DNA of 64,000 nucleotides from a bacterium (GTDB lineage: Bacteria > UBA8248): assembly GCA_965202625.1 (NCBI GenBank), contig CBDBBI010000010.1, positions 384,001 through 448,000 on the forward strand, read 5' to 3'. The notes beneath the pieces are model-generated. The model was not told the origin of the DNA and made no database searches. It saw only the letters and a program-made list of their open reading frames with translations. This document shows positions 52,032 through 62,200 of this stretch, piece by piece. Within the stretch, counting starts at the first letter, position 1; each line of letters starts with the position of its first letter. The position numbers and the translations under genes are program-made.

Positions 52032-54446
52032 ATGTCGATACATTCGATTCCCGAAAAATTGGAAATTCCCGTTGAGGGTATGTCGTGCGCAGCATGTTCG
52101 GCGCGATTGGAGAAGCGACTCAACGCGCTCGATGGCGTCCTGCGCGCAAACGTGAGTTTGGCCCTGGCGCGCGCGCGAATCGAGTTTTTTCCTGCCCAGG
52201 TGACGCCTGCCGATATCGCCAAAAGAGTCGAGAGAACAGGTTTTCGCGTTCCGTATGCGGAAGTCGATTTTATCGTCGAAGGGGTGGAGGATGCGGAGGA
52301 CGCCGCTCGCTTGGAGGAGCGATTGACTCGGCTCGACGGCGTCGTATCCACCAGCGTGGATTTCTCGACGGGTAGAAGTCGAGTCAAATTCCAGCCGGCC
52401 ATCGTCGTGGTCGATGACGTTCTAGAATGTGTGGAGAAAGCGGGATACGCGACGCGCGTTCTGATGGATGAGGCGCAGAAAACCGAGAGGCGCAAACGCG
52501 AACACCAGCGCAAAAAAAATGCGCTTCTGCTACTGATGTCCATCGTTTTATCCGCGCCGCTTCTTATGCAGATGGTGGGGATGAGCCCAGGTGCGGCGCA
52601 ATGGGAGCTGCCCAGGTGGTGGCAATTTGCGCTTGCTACGCCGGTGCAGTTCATCGCAGGCTGGCGATTTTATCGGGGAGCATATCATTCGCTTCTGGGT
52701 GGCGGCGCGAACATGGACGTTCTCGTCGCTTTGGGAACGAGCGCTGCTTGGCTCCATAGCAGCGTGGTGACCTTGCGGGATTTAAGCGCGAATCATGTGT
52801 ATTTTGAAGCGTCCGCGATTTTGATCACGCTCGTTTTGCTTGGAAAAGTGCTTGAGGAACGCGCCATGGGCAGAACTTCTGACGCCATGAAAAAATTGAT
52901 GGACCTTCGGGCGAGGACGGCGAGAATCCTGAAAGACGGGGAGGAGCGCGAGCTCCCCGTGGAGCAAGTCCGCGTGGACGATGTCGTGGTCGTGCGTCCG
53001 GGCGAGAAATACCCCGTAGATGGAATCATAGTGTGGGGTGCCACTTCCGTGGATGAATCCATGCTGACGGGCGAGAGTGTTCCTGTGGCCAAGGCGGTGG
53101 GCGACGGCGTCACCGGGGCTACGCTCAACGTTGACGGGGCGGTGAGGTTCAGAGCGACGAAAGTGGGAAAAGAAACGATGCTGGCCCAGATCATACGAAT
53201 CGTGGAGCAGGCGCAAGCCTCCAAAGCACCGATTCAACGCATGGCGGATAGGGTGTCGGGCGTTTTCGTGCCAGTCGTGATGGGAATTGCCGCTATCACT
53301 TTCTTTCTTTGGCACAGCTTGGGAGGAGGATTCACGCCCGCGCTGGTCAACGCGGTCGCCGTTTTGGTCATCGCTTGCCCATGCGCTTTGGGTTTGGCGA
53401 CGCCTACGGCCATCATGGTGGGCGCAGGTAAAGGGGCTGAGGCCGGAATTCTTATTAAAAGCGGCGAATCTCTGGAAACTGCGCATAAAATAGACGCCGT
53501 CATCGTGGATAAAACGGGTACGCTGACGAGGGGCAAGCCTGTGGTGACCGATATGTTGCCGCTGAACCGGCTGGGAGAGGAGGAGTTGCTCCAGCTGGCG
53601 GCAAGCGCTGAACAGGGATCGGAGCACCCTCTGGGCAAAGCGCTGGTGGATGCGGGCAAGGTGCGCGGAGTGGAACTGCTTGAGATGAACGATTTCCGGG
53701 CGCACCCCGGCCATGGTTTGGAAGCGAGGGTGGGGGGGCGAAAAATGTATTTGGGAAACGAAAAATTCATGGCGGCGCATGGCGTGAGCGCGCCTCGCGA
53801 TACCGACGAGATGCGCCGGATGGAGGCGCAGGGGAAAACCGTCGTGTTGCTCGCCGATGAGGAAGGGTTGCTGGGCATCATCGGCATCGCCGACATCCTG
53901 AGGGAGCACTCGGCTGAGGCGGTGAAATCACTCCAGAATATGGGAATCGAAGTCTATATGATGACAGGGGACAACGAGCGGACGGCGCGCGCCATTGCGG
54001 CACAAGCCGGAGTGCGTCACGTGATGGCGGAAGTTATGCCGGATGAGAAGGCGGCCATGGTGGAGGAACTCAGGCGAAGCGGCAAGAAGGTGGGGATGGT
54101 GGGAGACGGCATCAACGACGCTCCAGCGTTGGCCGCCGCGGACGTAGGGTTCGCTGTGGACACAGGCGCGGACGTCGCGACGGAGGCGTCGGATATCACG
54201 TTGATCCAGGGAGATTTGATGGGCGTCGTGGCGGGTATTCGCCTCTCAAAGGCTACGATGCGGAAGATTCGCCAGAATCTTTTCTGGGCGTTTTTCTATA
54301 ACGTTCTTGGCCTCCCTCTGGCGGCGTTTGGTTTTTTGAGTCCCATATTCGCTGGAATGGCCATGGCATTCAGTTCCGTGTCCGTCGTGTTGAACACTTT
54401 GTTGTTGCGGAGGTGGAAACCCGCCTGTCGGGAGGGCGCGGGGTAG
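52032..54446 (+). CDS. copA: Copper-translocating P1B-type ATPase
   Basis: [38 protein letters not shown] and MAFSS Cu+ signatures. Confidence 0.93.
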   Translation: MSIHSIPEKLEIPVEGMSCAACSARLEKRLNALDGVLRANVSLALARARIEFFPAQVTPADIAKRVERTGFRVPYAEVDFIVEGVEDAEDAARLEERLTRLDGVVSTSVDFSTGRSRVKFQPAIVVVDDVLECVEKAGYATRVLMDEAQKTERRKREHQRKKNALLLLMSIVLSAPLLMQMVGMSPGAAQWELPRWWQFALATPVQFIAGWRFYRGAYHSLLGGGANMDVLVALGTSAAWLHSSVVTLRDLSANHVYFEASAILITLVLLGKVLEERAMGRTSDAMKKLMDLRARTARILKDGEERELPVEQVRVDDVVVVRPGEKYPVDGIIVWGATSVDESMLTGESVPVAKAVGDGVTGATLNVDGAVRFRATKVGKETMLAQIIRIVEQAQASKAPIQRMADRVSGVFVPVVMGIAAITFFLWHSLGGGFTPALVNAVAVLVIACPCALGLATPTAIMVGAGKGAEAGILIKSGESLETAHKIDAVIVDKTGTLTRGKPVVTDMLPLNRLGEEELLQLAASAEQGSEHPLGKALVDAGKVRGVELLEMNDFRAHPGHGLEARVGGRKMYLGNEKFMAAHGVSAPRDTDEMRRMEAQGKTVVLLADEEGLLGIIGIADILREHSAEAVKSLQNMGIEVYMMTGDNERTARAIAAQAGVRHVMAEVMPDEKAAMVEELRRSGKKVGMVGDGINDAPALAAADVGFAVDTGADVATEASDITLIQGDLMGVVAGIRLSKATMRKIRQNLFWAFFYNVLGLPLAAFGFLSPIFAGMAMAFSSVSVVLNTLLLRRWKPACREGAG

Positions 54447-54671
54447 ATTTTTAGCCGTGGCCTTGGCCGAGGCTTCATTGTGACGTCGGGCGAAGCGTGT
54501 TTTGGGGATGAAATGTAGGGCGGATGCGAATGTTTCCTCTCGCCTTGGTGGTTTGGTCTCACGCGATACTCCCCAAAACGTAAGGCGCGAATGCGCATCT
54601 GTTTTTTTCCGAACGATCGGGCGGCGTTCTCACGTCTGGCATCGACCATCCTCATTATGCGGGGATATACA

Positions 54672-54882
54672 ATACAAAAAGTAGAGCCAGTTGTGCGGGG
54701 AAATGAACTATGAGACGTGCCAATCGAATGTTCAAGATGCGCTTGGAGGTGTGGAAGGCGTGGCGGAAGCCATTGTAGATTCTTTAGCGGCAGAGAAGGC
54801 AAGAATCGTATTTGAGAAAGGGGTGACGAATCTTCCCGCTTTGTGCACCGCCATAGAGAAGGCAGATTTTGAAGTCAATTAA
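54672..54882 (+). pseudogene. CopZ-like metallochaperone remnant
   Basis: IQKVEPVVRG / MNYETCQSNVQDAL..VEGV: no ATG start, frameshift, first Cys of MxCxxC replaced by Tyr. Confidence 0.6.
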
Positions 54883-54988
54883 ATTTTTATGAAACAATAT
54901 GTTATATGTAATACATAAAGTATGACATGAGTATTTTGCCCCGCTCCCTTCTTCCTCTCAAGTGCGTCGGGGGATTTGTTGAAATCTC

Positions 54989-55612
54989 CTACCTCGGCTG
55001 TCCATCCTCGAAACTCCTTTCCAGAAACTCGCCCAGCCTACATTGCCAAAAGCCGTTCAGGCGACCGATAGGTTCCAGTTTCCGCGCGTCGATGTATTTG
55101 TCCGTCATGACTTTCGGGCTGACGTGAAAATACACCACCTCTCCGATCAGCAAGGGATGCTTGTTCGGCCCCAGCTCAAACACGTTGTGGGTTTTGCACT
55201 CAAAGTGAATGGGCGCGTCCTTGATGCGAGGAGCCTGTACCTTCCTGGCGGGTATCGGTTCAAGGCCGGCGGCGTCGAATTCGCTCTGCTGTGCCGGAAT
55301 GCCGTTCGCCGTATCCACCATCTGCTCCCAATGGCGCTCGGTGACCACGTTGAAGCAGAACTCTCCGGTTTCCTCCGCGTTGATGAGGGTGTGTTTTTTT
55401 GTTCCATCTGGGTTTCGCGCCACGGTGAGCGATATCATAGGCGGTGCCACGCACACGCAGGTAAAGAAGCTGAAGGGTGCGATGTTGTGAATCCCGTCCT
55501 TGCTGACGGATGACGCCCAGCCGATGGGGCGGGGGACGATAGAGCCGGTGAGCAGGCGATAAATCTCCCGCCGCTCGATCGCTTTGGGGTCAAACTCCAG
55601 ATATTCGCTCAT
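54989..55612 (-). CDS. Flavin reductase family protein
   Basis: IVPRPIGW, NIAPFSFF, KHTLINAEETGEF, ECK, PIGRL. Confidence 0.9.
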   Translation of the reverse strand: MSEYLEFDPKAIERREIYRLLTGSIVPRPIGWASSVSKDGIHNIAPFSFFTCVCVAPPMISLTVARNPDGTKKHTLINAEETGEFCFNVVTERHWEQMVDTANGIPAQQSEFDAAGLEPIPARKVQAPRIKDAPIHFECKTHNVFELGPNKHPLLIGEVVYFHVSPKVMTDKYIDARKLEPIGRLNGFWQCRLGEFLERSFEDGQPR

Positions 55613-55657
55613 CAGGAATCCTCAAACGGTGGCGTGAAACCAGCGGTGCGGGTGCCC

Positions 55658-56425
55658 CTACGCCATGAAGCGTCCCGCGTTCACGGCGATGGTCTGGCCG
55701 GTCAGATAGGCGGATTCGGGCGACGCCAACATGAGCACCCAGCCCACGACGTCCTCCACCTCGGCGATGCGGCCGAGGAGCGTTCCCTTGCCTATCATCT
55801 CGCGCTGTTCCTCGGATCGCACCGCAATGACGCGCTCGGTCGCCGTGGTTCCGGGCGCGATGGCGTTTACGCGCACGTTGTATCGTCCCAAGTCGTAGGC
55901 GAGTACGCGGGTGAGAGCGTGGACGCCCGCCTTGGCAGCCGCATAGGGCGGGGAGGAGGGTTGGAGCGTGGTGAGTCCCGACATTGAGCCCAGGTTGATC
56001 ACGCATCCGCGGTTTTGTTTCTCAAAAATGGGCGTTAGATGTTTTGAGGTCAGGAATACGCTTTTCAGGTTCTTGTCCACCACAGAGTCCCATTCGACTT
56101 CAGAGGTCTCGCCCATGGAGAGCTGCTGATGAAAACCGCCCGCGCAGTTGACGAAAACGTCGATGCCGCCCCCCTCGCGCACGATGCGTTCTATCATCTC
56201 TTTTACGGCGGCGGAATCCGTGAGGTCGCAATGGATGAAGGAGGCGTCGCCCCCATTGCCGCGAACGGCCGCCGCCGCCGCCTCTCCAGGATCGGCGTCG
56301 ACGTCGACGAGATAGACCCTGGCGCCCGCCTCGGCGAACCTCTCAGCGGATGCTTTTCCAATGCCGTGTGACGCGCCCGTGACGACGGCGACCTCTCCTG
56401 AAAAATCAAACCTTGTCTTGCCCAT
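55658..56425 (-). CDS. SDR family oxidoreductase
   Basis: TGASHGIG, YAAAK, RVNAIAPG. Confidence 0.9.
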   Translation of the reverse strand: MGKTRFDFSGEVAVVTGASHGIGKASAERFAEAGARVYLVDVDADPGEAAAAAVRGNGGDASFIHCDLTDSAAVKEMIERIVREGGGIDVFVNCAGGFHQQLSMGETSEVEWDSVVDKNLKSVFLTSKHLTPIFEKQNRGCVINLGSMSGLTTLQPSSPPYAAAKAGVHALTRVLAYDLGRYNVRVNAIAPGTTATERVIAVRSEEQREMIGKGTLLGRIAEVEDVVGWVLMLASPESAYLTGQTIAVNAGRFMA

Positions 56426-56659
56426 GAGACGCTCCCCTTAGCGGACGATGCGCTTTTCGCGACGCTAAATATGTTTTGTTGACGACGTGAGACGGCCGCT
56501 TCTCTTTGTGCGGCGTCTCCGATTCTATGGTTTTTGCTTTCATAATTCAATTTCAATGGGATATGGACGATCTGCGACCTCGCCCGAGGGCGGTGCCAGG
56601 CTTCTCGCTCTGAGGAAAAACCAATGCAGCCTGCCTGTTTCCCTCGGGCGGACGCCATC

Positions 56660-56689
56660 TTGTCCCGACGGTTCGGGTCATAATATAAT
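56660..56689 (+). promoter_or_regulatory. Putative sigma70 promoter for the helicase module
   Basis: TTGTCC-18 nt-TATAAT, about 50 nt upstream of 56741. Confidence 0.4.
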
Positions 56690-56740
56690 GAAGTTTCATC
56701 CGTCCGACTCTGGATATTCCTAGGTCCGAGAGAATCGCCG

Positions 56741-59131
56741 ATGACAGTCGAGAACAGCAAGATTGTTGAAGCGATAAAGGATTGGGCGCGTCGCTTATGG
56801 CGTCGAATAACGAGCTCAACTCCCGAGGAAGAGGATGACTCGCGCAATCCGCCAGATGGAACTGGTGAACCCGAATCACAAAATGCGCCAACAAGACGCG
56901 AACCGGAGCGAGAACCACCAGACGCGCGTTCCGGCGATATCGATCCTATAGATGATACCGATCCTGTAATGACTCGCCCCGAACCTGAACCCCTCGTTTG
57001 CGATGCGGGTGATGGGCAAGACGGCCTGCCTCGACCACCCGACCCACCACCGCCTGAGACTTCTGAGCCTACAGGCAATGCCCCAACGGGGGAGGGTGAA
57101 GAATCAACGGAACCTACGCTAAAGGCCTCAAGCGAGATTGGGGGGGAGGGAAAACGCAATGGGACTTCGACGAAAAATCCCCAGAAGATATCAGAAGATA
57201 ACAACGAAATGGATCGCAAATTCACGCCTCGCCCAGAGATCATTTGCCGAAATCTCCGCGGGCATTGGAAAGTGTTTCTGTCCGTAGATGACGAATGCGG
57301 CGTCAAGGAGGTGCGGCACAGCGGCGGCGAAACTTTGCCCGTGTCGGACGGCGAATATCCCCTCCCGTCCTTAGCCGGAAGCTTGTCTGTCGTCCTTGAG
57401 GACGATGGGCATAGTGAATTGATAGTTCCTTTGTTTGACGGCAAACCCCTCATCTTCAAGTTGCAGGAGGATTGGACCGGCGACGGACACAAGGTCGAAC
57501 GCATCACGAAGGGGTACTTCGTCGTCATCGCGCCGAACACCTGGACGCGCACGGGGCGCATTCGCGTGGAGTCGCAAGAGTGCGTAGATCCAAACTTCAA
57601 AGCGCACTATTTCTTTCAGCAACCAGGTGAAGCAGAGGCGGACGTGGGCGGCTTTAAGGAATACTCCGGGCCGTTGTTCGCCAATTCTTCCCTTACGCTC
57701 AAGGGCGAGCGCGTTTTTGACGACTCTGATGAAGGGGAGCTGTTCATAGGCGCCGTTCCAGAGTTGACTCCCTCGCAGGAAATCGCCTGGGTAAGGGTTG
57801 GCGAAGAACGGACGGGCGGCTGGAAGGGCGATAGCTACAGGCCGGACGAGAAAACTCTCGCTGACGTGCTGAACGACCGGCAAGGGCGGTTTTATGTCCG
57901 CGTTTACGGCAACGAGTCGAAGAAGATGGTGGATAGCGATCAGTTTCGCTATCTACAAAGTCTCAAAGAGATTCGTGTAAACGATGAGCTATATACGAAA
58001 GACGTGATTCTTGCGCCGCCTCCTGCAGGGTATCCTCCGACAGAGGTGTGCTTTGTCGGCGTCGATGGCGCGCCCATTCGCCCCATCTTGCCGTCCGAAG
58101 CAGCGCACGTGAAAGTGCTAGGGAGCGATCTCATCGTGGATCCGGTTCCGTGCAGCGACAACATATCGTGCGTGCTGGAGTCCGACACCGGTCGCGTCGA
58201 TATCGTCTTGAATCTGCCGCGCATCTGGTGGCGGATGGCGCGAGGCGGTGAGGAAGCCGATGAATGGCGAGATACCCCCCTGACGATGACGCGACAGGAA
58301 TATCGTGCGAATGCGGAGGCGGAAGCGGCAATTCATTTGCGTCTGCCGCGAAAAATCAAGTCGGTTCTCGTGGGTTTCGGGGATGAGGGGGATCGATCAT
58401 ACCGCCAGAAAAAGACGGGAGACGACATCGCGATTCCACTGATGAATTTCGCCGATTATACGCAGATTGACGAGCGGCTGAAACAGGACGCCTTGTTTAA
58501 CGCCCGATATGGCGAGGTAGATTGGACGCTTGTCAGGGTTTTTGCCGACCCCGCGCCGAGGATCGTCTCCTTCGAGTCGGAACCAGGGAAGATTGCGGTC
58601 GGAGGGACGGCGACGTTGCGTTGGGCGACCAAGAACGCGGAGGCTTGCGGCGTTCAGATCGATTCCGGAATCGGGGCGGTCGAACCTAACGGGAGTCGTG
58701 AGGTTGCGCCCTTGAAGAACACAACCTACACGCTGAGGTTGACGGCTCCCTATGTGGATAAGGTGATGGGAACTGTTCATGTGACCGTCAGCGTGCAGGA
58801 GTCGGGCACGACACCACCTGTCGTCACAACGGTGGACTATATGGCCGCGTCAACGACTTATGACGAAATGTTTGAAGAGGCGCTTGATGTCGTCAAGAAT
58901 CGCTTTTTACTCTCGGTGCTGCTCGCCAAGCGGGTGGCACAACTGCGGCAGGGGGCGGAGCCCCTGGTCGCCGCGCAGCCGAGGGACACGCAGCCGAGGG
59001 AGACGCATGAGCAGATCGTGTTCCGGGAAATTATCGAGGAGAAGCTGGAGTGGCGAAAGACCGCCTCGGCGGCTGACTTTTCCGACATGGACCACGGGTT
59101 TGCGGACGAGGGGTTCGACGACGGAGAGTAG
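56741..59131 (+). CDS. Multidomain partner of DUF1998 helicase: disordered N-terminus, beta-rich core, Ig-like domain, C-terminal RNA polymerase omega-like domain
   Basis: Single 796-aa ORF; last ~96 aa EEALDVVKNRFLLSVLLAKRVAQLRQGAEPLV...IVFREIIEEKL match RpoZ. Confidence 0.8.
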   Translation: MTVENSKIVEAIKDWARRLWRRITSSTPEEEDDSRNPPDGTGEPESQNAPTRREPEREPPDARSGDIDPIDDTDPVMTRPEPEPLVCDAGDGQDGLPRPPDPPPPETSEPTGNAPTGEGEESTEPTLKASSEIGGEGKRNGTSTKNPQKISEDNNEMDRKFTPRPEIICRNLRGHWKVFLSVDDECGVKEVRHSGGETLPVSDGEYPLPSLAGSLSVVLEDDGHSELIVPLFDGKPLIFKLQEDWTGDGHKVERITKGYFVVIAPNTWTRTGRIRVESQECVDPNFKAHYFFQQPGEAEADVGGFKEYSGPLFANSSLTLKGERVFDDSDEGELFIGAVPELTPSQEIAWVRVGEERTGGWKGDSYRPDEKTLADVLNDRQGRFYVRVYGNESKKMVDSDQFRYLQSLKEIRVNDELYTKDVILAPPPAGYPPTEVCFVGVDGAPIRPILPSEAAHVKVLGSDLIVDPVPCSDNISCVLESDTGRVDIVLNLPRIWWRMARGGEEADEWRDTPLTMTRQEYRANAEAEAAIHLRLPRKIKSVLVGFGDEGDRSYRQKKTGDDIAIPLMNFADYTQIDERLKQDALFNARYGEVDWTLVRVFADPAPRIVSFESEPGKIAVGGTATLRWATKNAEACGVQIDSGIGAVEPNGSREVAPLKNTTYTLRLTAPYVDKVMGTVHVTVSVQESGTTPPVVTTVDYMAASTTYDEMFEEALDVVKNRFLLSVLLAKRVAQLRQGAEPLVAAQPRDTQPRETHEQIVFREIIEEKLEWRKTASAADFSDMDHGFADEGFDDGE
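58841..59131 (+). other. rpoZ: RNA polymerase omega (RpoZ) domain, in frame with the upstream ORF; possible internal start
   Basis: NRF.L....AKR..QL..GA.PLV and REI..KL motifs, acidic tail; ATG at 58841 preceded by GGTGGA. Confidence 0.8.
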
Positions 59132-59144
59132 CCTCTCCCCCCTC

Positions 59145-59234
59145 CGTGCGCGTCAGTTGACGCCCATCGACAAACGCCGTCGCAGTGCACACCAGCGCAA
59201 CATAGAGATGCTTGGGAGGTTGATGGATGCCTGA
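59145..59234 (+). pseudogene. Out-of-frame remnant resembling the C-terminal half of ribosomal protein L13e
   Basis: RARQLTPIDKRRRSAHQRNIEMLGRLMDA* versus the L13e pattern A..LGIPVD.RR.S.H..NVE.L; stop overlaps the helicase ATG. Confidence 0.6.
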
Positions 59235-62200
59235 CGCCAACGACATGCAAACCATACAAACCTGGCCCGAAAAAATTCGACAACGTTACGAGAACTATTT
59301 GATAACCTCCTTTTTTTTTTCAAAGAGCCAAAATTGCGGGAATCGTTCCAGGCGGCTCTTCAAGAAGAGGGGAATCTTTTGAAAGGCCCATGCACCGAAA
59401 CGGACCGGGGCTTCAAGACCGGCTCAAGCGCGAGGGCATTGGCAAAGGGATGTTTTCCGGACGAGAGCGAAGGTATTCTCCCTGCACTGATCGATGCCCC
59501 CTTGTATTCGCATCAGGAAGGAGCCATTCGCGCCGCGCATATCGACGCCCGGAACGTCGTCGTCGCCACTGGTACCGCCAGCGGCAAAACGGAGAGTTTT
59601 CTCTACCCGATCCTTTTCGAGTTGTATCGCCAGCATCTCTTTGGGGAACTCGAAGAGCCAGGCGTGCGTGCGATGATCCTGTATCCAATGAATGCGCTCG
59701 CCAACGATCAGCGCGAGCGTCTGGGCAAAATCTGCAAGCATTTGCGCGATGCAAATTCGGCGTTCGCGCCGACGTTCGGACAATACATTGGGCAGACGCC
59801 CGAATCCGCTACGGACCGTTGGCGCAATGCCGCCGAGCGGGCGAAAGAACGCCTGCCCGGAGAACTCGTATTCCGCGACGAAATGCGAAAGAAGCCGCCC
59901 CATATTTTGCTGACGAACTACTCCATGCTGGAATATCTGCTTATTCGCCCCGACGACAGCCCTTTGTTCGACGATGGCCGCGGCGCGCGCTGGCAATTTA
60001 TCGTGCTTGACGAGGCGCACCAGTATCGCGGCGCCAAAGGCATGGAGATGGGTATGCTCCTCCGGCGCCTCAAGCAGCGGCTGCGCGACGGAGGACGGCA
60101 AGGTTCGTTCCGCTGCATCGCCACCAGCGCGACCATTTCCTCTGGCGAAAGCGATAAAGACAGGCGAGTTGTCGCCGAATTCGCGCAGGAGCTGTTCGGA
60201 GAACCCTTCCAGTCGGCTGGCGTTATTTTTGGCGATACACGGCCGGAAGCCACTGATTGTCCTCCACGCCGCTATCATGCCTTTTTGCGCGCTCTTGAAG
60301 GGGCGTTTCTCGTTCACAGGGACGGCGCGGATGCTGTCGTGCTCAATCGGAAGAGCGAAACTGAGAACGGGTCAAACGCGAAGCCGTTGGAAATCGCCCT
60401 GTGCCGTGAATGCGGCCAGTATTACTACGTTGGTCAGGAGCGAGACGGAAATCTGGGAGAAGCCGTCCGAGACCCCAGTCAACCCGACTTTGGCGTGGAC
60501 TATTACCTGGCAGCGAAGGATGGAGACAAGTGGCTGTGCAGGCTCTGCGGCGCGCTTTCAAAATCCACGTCGAGTTGTGATTGCGGCCCGGAGGTTCGCG
60601 TGAAGGTGAAGAAGTGCAAGAGTCACAAAGGGCACCCCGACCAACTGAAGGAATGCGAGACCTGCGGTTATCAACGCGGCGGCATCGGCGATCCGGTGCA
60701 GGAGATCGTGCATGGCTCCGACGGGCCCAACGCCGTCATCGCTACCGCCCTGCACGAATTGCTGCCGGAAGACAAACGCAAGGTGCTTGCCTTCGCCGAC
60801 AGCCGGCAAGAGGCAGCGTTCTTTGCCTGGTATGCCGAGGACTCCTACGAGAAGCTGCGCGACCGCAACCTCATGTTGCGGGCGATCAAGGCGGGAAAAG
60901 TCGTCCCGGAAGGCCTGTCTATCGACGATCTCCGAAACCGGCTGCACAAAGAGTGGGAGCAGGCTGGTCTGTTCAGGGAGACGGATTCGTCGGAAGGGCG
61001 AGACCGACGGGTGCTGACGTCAATTCTGCGCGAGGCGCTGACGGACGAAAGGCGGCTGTCCTTGAGTGGTGTTGGCCTGGTCAGGTGGTTCGTCAGGATT
61101 CCCGACAAGTTGCATTTGCCGGAAGCCATGCGAGAACCGCCATGGAAATTCACGAATGCCGAGGCGCGGCATCTGATCGGGTATCTCCTGGACGAGTTGC
61201 GCCTGCGCCGCGCCATGGACTTGCCGAAAGGTGCCGCAACGCCTGCATGGGGCGACGTATTGCCTCAACGGCCGCAGCAGGCTTACGGCAGCGGGTCGCC
61301 GGGCAAGCGACCGAACGTCTCTGAATGGGGCAGCCCTCAATCCGCAGTCATCCGACATTTCCTTCACCGGTTGCTTGATGACAGCGGCCTGTCTGAAGAA
61401 GGGAAGCAATCGGCGTCGAGGAAACTCATGAAGGACGTGTGGAAAAAGCTACGGAGTTATTGCGGCGAAACCATCCTTTCGTGCGGACGTGTGAACGGTA
61501 CGTTTCGGCTTGATCCGCGCTGGCTGCGGCTCAAGCCGGTTGCGCCTGGCGAAATCTGGGAGTGCGACACCTGCGCGACCTTGAGCGCTCACTACGTTCG
61601 CGCCGTCTGCCCCCGGAATCGTTGTCCCGGAACCCTGGTGCCCGCCGACGGAAGGCGCCTCGAGAAAAACCACTATCGCATCCTCTACGAAAGCGATGCT
61701 TTTCCTCCCGCTCTGAGGGCGGAGGAGCACACTGCACAGATCGACAGCGACGCGGCGCGCCAAAGGCAGAACGAGTTCAAGAATGGCAAGATCCATCTTC
61801 TCAGCTCTTCCACTACGTTTGAAGTCGGCGTCGATTTGGGGGATCTGAAAGTCGTGTTTCTCCGCAACGTGCCGCCGGAGCCGTTCAACTACACCCAGCG
61901 CGTCGGACGCGCGGGGCGAAGAGAGACTGGCTTGGCGCTGACCTACTGCCGCCGCAATCCACACGACTTATATTACTACGAAGATCCGGGGCGCATAATT
62001 GACGGCGCGGTGCATCCGCCGCGCCTGCGGATGAAGAACGAGAAAATCATCCTGCGGCACCTTGTCGCCACGGCCCTCTCCGCGTTCTTCAGGAAAAACG
62101 TTAGAGCGCGCTTCACCAAAGTAGAAGAATTTGTGAAAGACTGGTCGAGCCCCCGCGCCGCGTCCGATCTCAAGGAGTTTTGCGAGCGCAACAGCGAGTT

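Noticed and set aside
54499-54579. 10-bp inverted repeat GTTTTGGGGA...TCCCCAAAAC after copA
   Set aside because: Too short, with no target duplication or recognisable RNA family; could be chance
56203-57600. 465-aa minus-strand ORF and other long antisense ORFs (e.g. 13576-14565, 52782-53909)
   Set aside because: Shadow frames of well-supported genes on the opposite strand; no motifs
58860-59234. 124-aa ORF overlapping omega as a real gene
   Set aside because: The first ~95 codons are an alternative frame of the omega sequence; only the last 30 codons carry a signal, reported as a remnant
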